DNA of 60,385 nucleotides, counting the filler, from Sphacelaria rigidula (taxonomy: Eukaryota): assembly GCA_964200075.2 (NCBI GenBank). It is 4 parts of 4 records of this genome, joined end to end, with 100 filler letters (N's around TTAATTAATTAA, not from the genome) between each part and the next. Parts side by side here need not be neighbours in the genome. Positions count along the whole stretch, not along the records: positions 1 to 15,029 come from CAXNAA020001936.1; 3 more parts are not named here. One strand, given 5' to 3'. Of the stretch, positions 1-11,000 are shown one piece after another. A program made the position numbers and the translations under genes. A model generated the notes under the pieces. It worked only from the letters and a program-made list of their open reading frames with translations, had not been told where the DNA came from and ran no database searches. Position 1 is the stretch's first letter; the number at the start of each line of letters is the position of its first letter.

Positions 1-179
1 CACACCAACCAACCGAAGATATATTAATAAATAAAATAGCCGAACCAACCGAATGACCATGGCGGAACAAGAAAAAAAAAAAAAAACCGGCGTCGCTGTA
101 GAAAAAAAAACGCATTTTGGACAGTGGACGATGGACACGCCGCAATAGTCATAGGATCTGCTGCAATAGACGCCAACGT

Positions 180-510
180 TGTCAGTAATGGCTATCGATC
201 GATGGGTTTCTCGAACCTACTGTCATCCGTGCTGTCTATCGATAGACCTCTTTCCCGCACATTAGCCCGGACGGCAGTCTACAAGCCTACACCGAACGCC
301 ACTGCGGCTCAACAAATATATCGATAGACTGTGTGCCAAATCGATTGCTGACGGTAATGGCTGTTGATAGATTGTGTACCGAATTGATTTTATTGACGGC
401 GGCAACGGCTGTCGCTATCGATAGGTTGCGTACCATTTTTTTTTATGGCGGCAACGGCTATCGATAAATACGTGCCAGAATCTACTGTGGTACACAATGT
501 CTATCGATGA
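180..510. repeat. Degenerate internally repetitive element with repeated GGCTATCGATAG-like units
   Basis: ctatcgatag and ggcggcaacggct motifs recur several times between about 190 and 510. Confidence 0.4.
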
Positions 511-1314
511 ATATCCTCTGCCAACTATTGCCACACACCCACAATGCAGTATACTGCGTATAAGACATAAACTCTTGAATTATGGTAGAGCGGCCGTAGT
601 CCAACATGCGGTGGGTCTATGATGATACTATTAAGATTCGCGAAAAAAATGACGTCACGAATATACAAATTCGGAACGGCTGTACTTTTGTCGAATTCGG
701 CAACATGAAAGGACAGAGGTTTACGAGTTTTGTTGTTGATGGTGTGGTGTTGCTACTCAGGGTCTTACTTTGATGGGACAAGAGCGCTCAAAGTACGAAC
801 GTAGGCGGGTGAGGTGTGCGGCGTGTAACCTGAACAGCAGGTGGTGAAATAGAGCGATGCCGCCACAACAGTCCCGGAAATGTGACGTTCGATGTCCATT
901 GTCAGTCACAATCCAATGACGTCACTGCCCATCGATAGCTATTCAAGGCAAACAGAGATTCGGAACAGGGGCAGAATGTATCGCTGTCGTCGCAATGGAG
1001 TGTGGCGAAGTCGTTCATCAATATACGTTGTTGCAACAGGCTCTGAACTTCATCCATCCACCAATGAACAATGTCATACTGCACACAAGGGAATCTGCCA
1101 ACAACATCAATTACATCGAAAAATTGATGATGACGCCCTTGACAAGTATGGTATACGATAAAACGCGCGTTTTGCGAGGGTACCACGCTTCCGACATGCC
1201 CAAGAAGCGCCCATCGTAGCGATGCTCAGAAAAACGAACACACATCAACACTAACAGTACCATTCATCATGAACGATACAGAACATGCGCGGGCATAGAG
1301 TGAGCAGAACGTAC

Positions 1315-1989
1315 TTGGGTGGGGCGCCTCGTCTCCGATGCCTCAACAGTGCGAAGAACGCGATGCTCTGCACCGTCTTTCCCAGGCCCATCTCGTCGGC
1401 CAGCACCCCATTCACAGCAACTCCGCGCAGCAGGGACATCCAGTTCACGCCCACCAGCTGGTACCTTTTTTCGACAAGGAAGACACGTACCAAAAAGATG
1501 AACCACGGGGTTCGAATTGGCACGTCCGCATCAGATCAAGCATCACGATCTTGACCCGGTGGTGAACCTTCGAGGCTTGGCGTATGGACATTCGAGTCTG
1601 AGAATGTCATTTTCCGAGTCAAAATCGCACGATCGATCCATTGATGACACACAAAAAACATGAAGAAGGAACAGTAAAAGCACATGCAACAACACGAACA
1701 CTACACTGGGCACGACACACACATACAGAACAATACTACACCTCAGTAAGCAATATCTGGAAACACAAGCAGGCCTCACAAACAAGTCTATCGTCTTGGA
1801 TGTGTGTGTGTATGTGTTGCGGCAAAAAAAGCGAAGCAAAATGCCTCCAGTTGGTGATTGATTTATTATCGCCAGTCACCCACACGTCTGAGACTGTTCG
1901 ACACCTGAACATACTGCAACGATACTTCCGTTCATTCGTGTTTTCGTTGCCCATGTGCGGCCATGTCATATACTCTACCAAGCCAAACG

Positions 1990-2031
<42 letters not shown>

Positions 2032-5000
2032 CCCCCCCCCCCCCCCCCCCCCAACCCAGCGGGCGGCTATGGACAGGAAGGGAATGGGGCGAGACAGGGG
2101 GGGGNNNNNNNNNNTTTTTTTGCTGCCCGGCTGCGGCCGCGTAATACACTCCACCAAACCCCCCCCCCCCCCCCCCCCCCCCCCCGCTCCCCCCGCATAC
2201 AGTGGCCGATGGCGAACTATACATAGGAAATGGCATGTGTTAGAGCGGTAAATGTGGGGAGTAAACGGAGGTGGCATTAGACCGTTTGTTGCATAAGACA
2301 GTAGCGAGAACACGACCGCTATGCTAAATAGGGCATAAATGGTGTCTACAGACAGGAAACCAGGAAGGGGATGAGATATGTAAAATGTTTCTGGGTAATG
2401 CATGGAATAAAACTAGAAAAACACCCAAATATTGGAGGTGTCTACACTCAACAGTGTTTTCGTGAAATTGAGAGTAGAGGATACGATTGAGAGTGAAAAG
2501 CGGTCAATTAGTGAATTAATCGTTTCAGTTCCGGAATGCCCTTCCACGAGGCCCAATATGCTTCCTGTAGTACCTTGCCACTGAGGCTTTTGATATTCCT
2601 TAGTAGGATATCGACGTGTAGCTGTGAGCTCAAGCAAGTGACGAAGGCAAAGAAAAGCACACACGGAATGAAAAATTGGAGAAGTTAAAGCGAGTGATCA
2701 AAGCCATTGTCATTCAGCGCTCGACTCTCAATTTCACGAAAGCCTTCTTACTAGGAGTAGGGTCGCTTCTTCGTCCCGAAAGGGATGCATGGTAAATGGT
2801 CAAATGACCAAGGCGGGATAACAAAACAGTTTTACTCACGGCTTGAGAATCAGCCCCGGACACGCCTCCTGAATTTCCTCGGTGGTGGTCATGGACTTCC
2901 CCTCCGCCCCCCCGGCTCTCGCTCCCTGCTTCATGTGCGTCAGCCCGAGCGCACCACCTCCGTCGCCATTCCCATCCGACGCCGCCCACGACGAGAGAAC
3001 CGACCCAAGCTTCTTGGAAACCGCGGAGCATTCTTCGAGAACTTTTCTTGCCCGCGCGCCGTCGTCTTCGCTGTCCGAACCTCGGTCAGAATCGTCCATA
3101 TCGTCATCTGCCACTTCCATCACCTATTCGTGCAGATATTCAGTGGGGGTATTTTCAAAAGAAGAGAGCGTGGAGCAACGGGGGGCATTGGTCTGTTTGG
3201 TGAGAGTGCTTGTGCATAATATCGATCCAGAAGCAAGAGTAGCGCGAGTAATCAAAACTTCAACTTTCAAGCAAGTTCTCAGTAACAACTGCGATGTGTA
3301 TGCCTACAATAGAGCAGTAGCCCTGAAGAAATGTTCCTACACGTTGGTTGACAGGCATGACTTACTTGCCTTTAGACTTGAGAAAGTTTTGAAAAAATTT
3401 CACACCCTGGACAATATATGGCCTGTACTCAGTACGTTTCTTGTCCACTACAACTATTGACCATATATTGCCCAAGGTGTGGAAAATTTATGATCAGGGG
3501 CAGGTCAGCAGTGGACCCAGCTTGTCCAGAACGGGCTTTTGTCGAAATCGGCACCTGCGGCCATGATTTGAGGTCTGCCAACGCACACTTTGCCTAGGGG
3601 AAGCTATGCATTTTCCTTGCCCGAGGCTCTGGGGGTCCGAGCGCCTTGGGTCGGGGTTAGGGTTACGGTTAGGCTTCATTTGTAACATTCCATGATGTTT
3701 CCAATGAACCATTGTGTACGAACATTCCTTTCGGTCCCCTCGTCCAGAGTCCAAAATTCGATACCTGAGCTGTGGGTTGATTCCTTGTGATCACGGGTTC
3801 GTCGCGAGAAAGGGAAGGGATTAAAAGACCTCACATAGCTGCTTTACACACAAATAACGATACAAAATGAAAAGCATAATGAGGCGTATTATTGCGGTGT
3901 GCTCAGGTGTCGAACAACACAATTCGAGACCCCTGGGTGACTGACCAGACAACAACAAATCTATACATCAATATGGGGGGAGCGGAGAGGGATACCTATC
4001 CATCTTCATTGAAAAAAGCATCCACATCCTTATCGGCGCCCACCGCGCCTTGGTGGCCCAAGGGGGTACACCACCAGTCGTCGGTGGGGACGGAAGGTTG
4101 GGGGTCTGCATTCGAACGGGTATTCCAACGGACAACGACGAGCCAACAAATCGATAACCAGGCACTTCGCAGTCCAGTCGTCAACTAGTAATTTCCTTCC
4201 CTTCCTCGTTTTCCCGATCCCCTTGACCTCTCTTCACCACGGGGAAAAAAAGACGCACCTTTTTCCTTTTCTTGTGCTGCGGCACCTCCCGATGCGGCAC
4301 GACCACCACTTCGTCCTCCCCGTCCTCGTCACTCTCATCCTCAGCGATAGCGACGATCTTCCGCTTCGACTTGGTCCGTCTGACGACACCCCCGTCCCCC
4401 GCGTCACCCTTCGCCTTATCGCCACCTTCCAGCTGTCGCCTGCTCCACTCGATCCCGCTCTTGACCGCGCCGGAGGCCGCATTGGACGATGACGCGCCAC
4501 CGCCAGACGACCCCGCTCGCGCCCCAACCCGACCGCCGCCTGAGCCATTCGCATCTCTCTTGCTGTTGCTGCTGCTGCTTGTCTTACTACTGCTGCTGGC
4601 GATCTCCACGTCCATGCCCGCCACAGCTCCCTTGAGAACTCTGTTGGCCGCCTTCCCGTCCCCGCCGGATGACGCCCCTCCCCCACCAACACCTCCCCGA
4701 TTGTCACATCTCTTCTTATCATTGACGCCGCTGCTGCCAAAACTCCTGTTGGCAGAAGAAGAACCTTCTTTGTGACCGTTACCTCGGCTTCCTGATGATG
4801 TACCCGCGGCAGCTCCCGATTTCTCCACGCCCCGTGACTTTTCCGTCGCAGAGCTCGCACCCTTCGACTTTGTCCAAGGATTGGGCGTCTTTTTTTCCGC
4901 CGGTGGCGTTGCTGGTCGTTTCTTTTTTGTATCTGTCGTCGCTGCCGAGGACGACAAGGCCAGCGCCAACGCCACCTCCTCCTCTTCCTCGCTGTCTTGT

Positions 5001-8000
5001 TCGCTTTCGTCGTCGAGATCGGGCTCGTCGTCCTCGCTCTCGTCATCGTCTCCGGACTCGAACTCGCCCTGATTTGTTTTGGGCATATGTGTGTGTGAGT
5101 GTGTGTTCGGTGCTTTCGTCAGTTTTTTTGTTGTTCCTCGTCATTTATTCACTCATTTGTTGCTCGTGTGACTGTTGGTGATGTCGTTCTCCGTATTTGT
5201 TTCATATCCGTTTTGTTATTATCCATTTTGATTGTGACCGTACATGGAGGGGAGCAAACGGAGTGCTGAAAACACACACACACAGGCATACGACGCGGCA
5301 CCAAGTGTCGATGACGAAGGACAACGGAGAAAGGAGAAGGACGACGTTGTTGTGTATCGTAGCATCTACAAATTTCCCCACGGAACAAGCTTGATTTTCC
5401 CGATACTCCAATAATAACAACTTCACTCCTTGGTCGAATGGACAAATGTATCTATCCCACACGCGCGGGGGTAGCATATTCTACTCCGACATGTATAAAA
5501 GCCGCACTACTACAGTACCGCGGGATTGCACTCTATGAACCCACAGCCAAACCCGACTACTGACCACCTGCGGTGCACTATGTCATTGCATGCGATAGCC
5601 AACGCGACAGTAAACGGTGGAGGAGACATTACCAGACGTGCATGTTTGTCGTCAATCAGCTATCCAAGGTCGAATGACCCATGATACACTCGAATAAAGT
5701 GATTCATCGTGCAGCCCAAGGCTTGCCAGGAAAAACCACGCTCTTCATGACTACAACGCGTGCGCCTACCCTGGGCAAAAGCGCTGGGCAATATCATGAT
5801 GAGCTCGACACGAGAGAACGCATTCAAGGGTCGCATGAAATCATCGCTGGTTCAAAAACACCACATCTACGAATTCCGAAGCCTGGTTGCTCGAAAGAGG
5901 GTAAAAAAACGTTGATCGTGGGTCAAAAAAGTCTCGACGCAATTTTTGGGCTGTTTCATGTGCCACGGGTACGCGTACCTGGGGTGCAACACTGAAAACA
6001 AACCCCAAGAGTTGATCTGTACCGTACGAATCAGTTACACCAACAGCGAGTAGTTTTCAAACGAATCCCTTGGAATGAATCGTACACGTTCCCGACCCAT
6101 GTGTTCGTCGGTGGAAGGAAGAGCCGCGAGATGAAACTGCAAAAAAAAAAGACAGATCGTTTTCCCGAAAAACGTCGACCGTTTGATTGTTGCCAAGAGC
6201 AGATGGATACAGTCAGGATACGTCCGAAAAAAGACACGCAGGGTGTGGGCGTCATGTTTGGTGAAAAGAAATGAGCCGGTAGCAAAAGGATCGATTCTGC
6301 GGGTATCACAATTGCGGTTCGCTGGGAGGGATTGGGTAGCGAACGCGCCGCCTACGTGAGGTACCGTAGGTAGTCCGCACCCGCCTCGAAAACGTTACAG
6401 GGGCAATCCAGAAACGGAATTTAGGGGAGGAAAATTGCCTACTCCCGATGCACCTGTGCGAATATGGATCAACTAGGGCACGGAGGGTGTCCCTGGACGG
6501 CCACTCTTTTGCGCATGATCGCATGAGGCAACAATCAAGTTTTTTTTCTGCGTTTTTTTGGAAGCACGCGTGCAGCACATATATCCCCGATCGATGTACC
6601 CGGAGAATTCTGAGCGGAAACGGTGTTTGTAGCGCGTATTCTCAATTCTGTGCATTCGGTCCCAAGAAGGACTTCATCAGGGCGAACAGCACGAAATAAT
6701 ACTGACTATATTATATAGACCAATGCTCTTCCATCGGCGACAGTGTGTACTGCTGGAAATACGATCGATACTTTTACCAGAATCATGAAAAAAGGAAGAA
6801 GGGGAAGAAGCACAACTCCGCACCTCCTCATCCTCTTCGTCTTCAGAGTCCCCACAGCTCTCCTCCTCACTGTCGTCATCACGACCCCCGCCTTCACCGC
6901 GCTGGCGTCTGCCCTTGCCGCCGGCCGCTGCACCACGCTTCGGATCACCGCCTTTTAAATTCTTCGTTCCTCTGGTGCCACTACTACCCTTTTTTTTCTG
7001 TTGCGCACGCTGTGCCTGATGGAGAACGTCGCAGGATTCATGCAAACAGGGGTAAGGAGGATGACAACGGCGTCAGCAAAGTACGCGCGCGATGTTTAGT
7101 GTGTGTGTTATACTCCATCATGTGTCTCCACCAATAAAAGAGGTTGGAATGGGTCTTCGCGTCTTGCACGTTGACCCTTTGACGGCGAGAGTAGGTCATC
7201 TGTTGAATCGGCATCAATTTCACTTGAAAGAAGTATGCATGATTCAGTGGACTACCCTCCCGGTGTTAGGGTCAAGAAAAAGTGTACTGTTGTATTATGT
7301 ATGGGGTGACGAGAACGAACAGAACGCAGGAGCTTCCGGCAGCACAGCGACACGTGGAAATATTTGCCTGCCAACTTCCATCCAATTTCAGCGTCCATCT
7401 ACGCGTACGATAGTCATGATCCGAAACCCCACGCGATTGTCACTGAACTGAACAGAAATCCAGCGTTATCTCTTGCCGATCGTACGGAGGCAGTAATTTG
7501 GGAGATTGGGCATCCAAACATAGCGCACGTGGCGTGTGATGATGCAGCATCGCGGATGTGTAGGTTGAGGCCGCACGAAGGAGTTGACTTGACAGTATCG
7601 GCGGCTCAAGGCATTTGTTTTGCGCGCTACATGCCTTGAAAGGATGATTATGCGCGATGCTGGAACTCATCTCGGATCTTCGTGTTCGAATGGCATTCAT
7701 CAAGGGTATTCAACAAAACCGGCGGCGGAGGCAGCTACATATCTTGCCAGCATAGTCGCTTCACTCGGCCCGCTTGTCTGTCGACGCTCGCAGAAAAACA
7801 CAAAACACGCACCACGCAGGCTTTGTCATTACTTTGACGTTGCTGCCCTCAGGGTTAATAAGCCGTCTCGCGCAAGACGTGGCCGTACAGCCCAGTCGAA
7901 GGCAAGAGTGTCTTCTGCCAAGAGCCGCTGTAAAACTGTTCGGCTAGGGGGCAACGTCGATCACAGACAGTACCACAGCTTCTGGGCATGACATCGCGAT

Positions 8001-11000
8001 AGACGGACCACGACCGGGGCGGTTATTCCTATCTCTCTCTTCATTTTTTAATCAGAATCAAGCTGCGGTTTTTGTGGCCATGGCTCGCACGTGAATATCT
8101 TGAGGTTTCTCCAGCATGCACCTGATCGACCTTTTGCGGGTTAATTTTCTGTTTCGCTTGCTCTCAGAATGCGACAGGGAGCTATTTGCAATTTTCACAG
8201 GTGGATCAAAAGGGATTCCAGCCCTGCAGAAGCGTGGTTCGCGTCGTACAGCGGAACTGCCGGCTACAAGCACACCGCGCCAACCTCTGCCCTGCATTTC
8301 CTTACAAACATACAATTTATTTATATCGAGTAGTTCCTCCTTCCGCAGTGACATGAATGCTTTGCTATCCGGGCGCCTCAGCCATGGGCGTCTTCTCTAT
8401 CGCCAGTTTTCCGTAGCGATATGGACACCTCTCTTGCACGGATGTGTACCCCTCCAACCTCAGTACATTTCACGCCGCGGAGCATGATCATTCCAAATGT
8501 AACCACGCTCTCTGAATAAAAAATTCAGTAAACCGCCTGCAAATTGTTGAAAAAAAGAATAAAACTGAATTCTCGGGGCGATTTGCATGGACTGGCGGTG
8601 CTAGGGTTAATATAACCACCCTCCTCCCCCCACCTACGCCGTTGGCGTCGATTGGCAACGACGCTGTTAAACACGCTACTCGTTGCGTAAGCTAGGCAAC
8701 CGGGTCATCCATTTTTCTCGCGCGCTTGCGTTTTTCTTTGCGGTAACCCATGATGGTAGTCGAGCTAGATCATGTCGTGCGGCGTGGGAGAACCTCAACT
8801 GCGCACAAAGGGGATGATCAAACTTCATAATGTTTGAATGATGAGACATCCATGAGGCAATGTATAAGCCGTGGCCGTCTCTGGAAGTAGCGATACCACA
8901 AAATTAAGCAACTTTTTGTAGGTTGCCATTCTACTGCAAGATATTCAGTAGGCTTCGGGCCGAATAATCGTAGCAGGATGCAGCTGACTCTTCATGCGAC
9001 TCGCCCGACACACCACGGCGCTTCGCGCTTGGTGATTGGGTGCGATGCTGGTCTAGCGAAAACCTGGCGTGCGTGCTCTGTCCCGGCTTTATAGGGATGC
9101 GAGGCCAATGGTCCTGTGACCACGGCATGCATGATCATGAGTATACACCCTCCCTCTCTGGTGAAACAAACATGGTAAATGGTCAGACGACCAAGGCAAG
9201 CAACAAACGAGTACCCCCCCCCACCCCCGCCGGTGAAATAAACTGGCGACTACCAGAACAGTACGAGTAGAATAGTCGAACGACAGTGAATCACATGTGC
9301 ATGTGTCGGGGAGGCATACTATCTTTGTTTTTTGTTGCCCTCATAAGATGCAGGTGTGCAGATGACCTTTAGCTTCTGGCTATTTTGGAGCTTAGAATAT
9401 AATACAACTCTTAATTTCTGTGGGTGCTACAGGGGTTGGGATGGGCTTTTTTTTTCGTTTTAGGATTTGTCGGACGAGGGAAGACAAGATGAATATTTAT
9501 ATATGCATCGGCCCGGCGGGTCGGGATTTCTCCCTGTTTTTATGCGGACGTTGTGTTTTTTCATCAGACTTGATCCTAAGCTCCAAAATAGCCAGAAGCC
9601 AAAGGCCCCCGCCGGTGAAATAAACTGGCGACTACCAGAACAGTACGAGTAGAATAGTCGAACGACAGCGAATCACATGTGCATGTGTCGGGGAGGCATA
9701 CTATCTTTGTTTTTTGTTGCCCTCATAGGATGCAGCTGTGCAGGTGGCCTTTGGCTTCCGGCTATTTTGGAGCTTAGGATCAAGTCTGATGAAAAAACAC
9801 AACGTCCGCATAAAAACAGGGAGAAATCCCGACCCGCCGGGCCGATGCATATGAAAATATAGATGTTGTCTTCCCCTCGTCCGACAAATCCTAAAACGAA
9901 AAAAAAGCCCATCCCAACCCCTCTAGCACCCACATAAATTAATAGTTATACTATTTTCTCTTTTCCCTTGAAGGTTTCAGGTTAATATTTCATTGGCTAA
10001 ACCGAAACCAATTGTTAGTCATACTGACCGATATACATCCGTGTCGTTGTAAGTTGTGGGTGGGTGGAGACCACCATGAGCGAGCGGCGACCATACCACC
10101 ACCGCATGTGGTACGAATGTGGTGTGAAATGCACGCACGGTTTTAAAAGGCCTTGAGCCCATAAGGGCGCGGCATTGTATGAGTCTTGCGGAGCAGACAG
10201 ACGACGCCCCACAACTCCAGCCTGCATGCTCAATCTTGAACACGGGCTACTACACTTGTCATACTCCAAAATACGAAAAAAAAAAACAGGTCGCATCCCT
10301 GTCTGCTTCTTAGCACCCCAAGGGTCACAAAATTGGCATTCAATGATGGAAACTGCCATGCTCCCCATGTCCGCGGGACTGTCCAGGAAGTGTTCCAAGA
10401 ACAGGAAGCCTTGAGCACTCTACAAGGATTAACCGCTTCCATATTGCACACCTCCACCGTGACGGTTTCCAGGTGAGGTTCTTCCAATCAGAAGTGGTTG
10501 AAAAACATCTGTTTTTTTAGTGTATGATATAATTACGCCACCAGACTGCGGACTTTTTAGACCCGTGCACGTGAGACTGGTAGTCTAGGATGCAAACAAC
10601 AGCAGGACTTACAGCATGTGCACGTGATGCAAATGAGCAAAAGACATGTCCACGTTCAACCAAACGCTGACACTCTGTTTACACAACCTGATAGCACAGG
10701 TCGTTTAAAACAGCACAACACCGCTTTTCAAGGACCATCTACAGGTGACGGGAGTCCGCAGGCAGGTGCACGGAACTGAGCATGCATGGGGACACGTCAC
10801 CACTTCGGGGATTGGGGGGAGGGGGTGCTTTCACGATCATCGCTCTCATGCGTCGCGCGCAGGAAAAAATGAAATAGAGTACAGGTCTGCAAGGCGTTTC
10901 GCGATGTTACGTCCCACTCAAGGTGGCATGATGTAGGCTATAGCCGGAAGCGGAGGACAACTGGTACGGAAGGGCATTTACCCGTAGAATATATTTTGTA

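Noticed and set aside
769..829. Possible next SMARCAD1 exon (LHAAHLTRLRSYFERSCPIK)
   Set aside because: Splice sites are plausible, but the peptide does not match the expected SNF2 motif Ia (P.LIV.P.S.L.NW), so I could not support it.
1641..2403. Polyproline / polyglycine ORFs
   Set aside because: They arise from poly-C tracts around a small N-gap inside a SMARCAD1 intron, in low-quality homopolymer sequence.
3650..3675. ggggttagggttacggttagg telomere-like motif
   Set aside because: Only about three degenerate units inside an intron, too short to call an interstitial telomere.
3996..4184. Short minus ORF (…[12 protein letters not shown]) as an extra SMARCAD1 exon
   Set aside because: Exons ending 4259 and starting 3123 already join in phase, and there is no good acceptor.
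4223..5181. Long antisense or alternative-frame ORFs over the GC-rich exon (similar ones at 19863-20411, 40422-40928 and 51232-51882)
   Set aside because: They are shadow ORFs of real coding exons.
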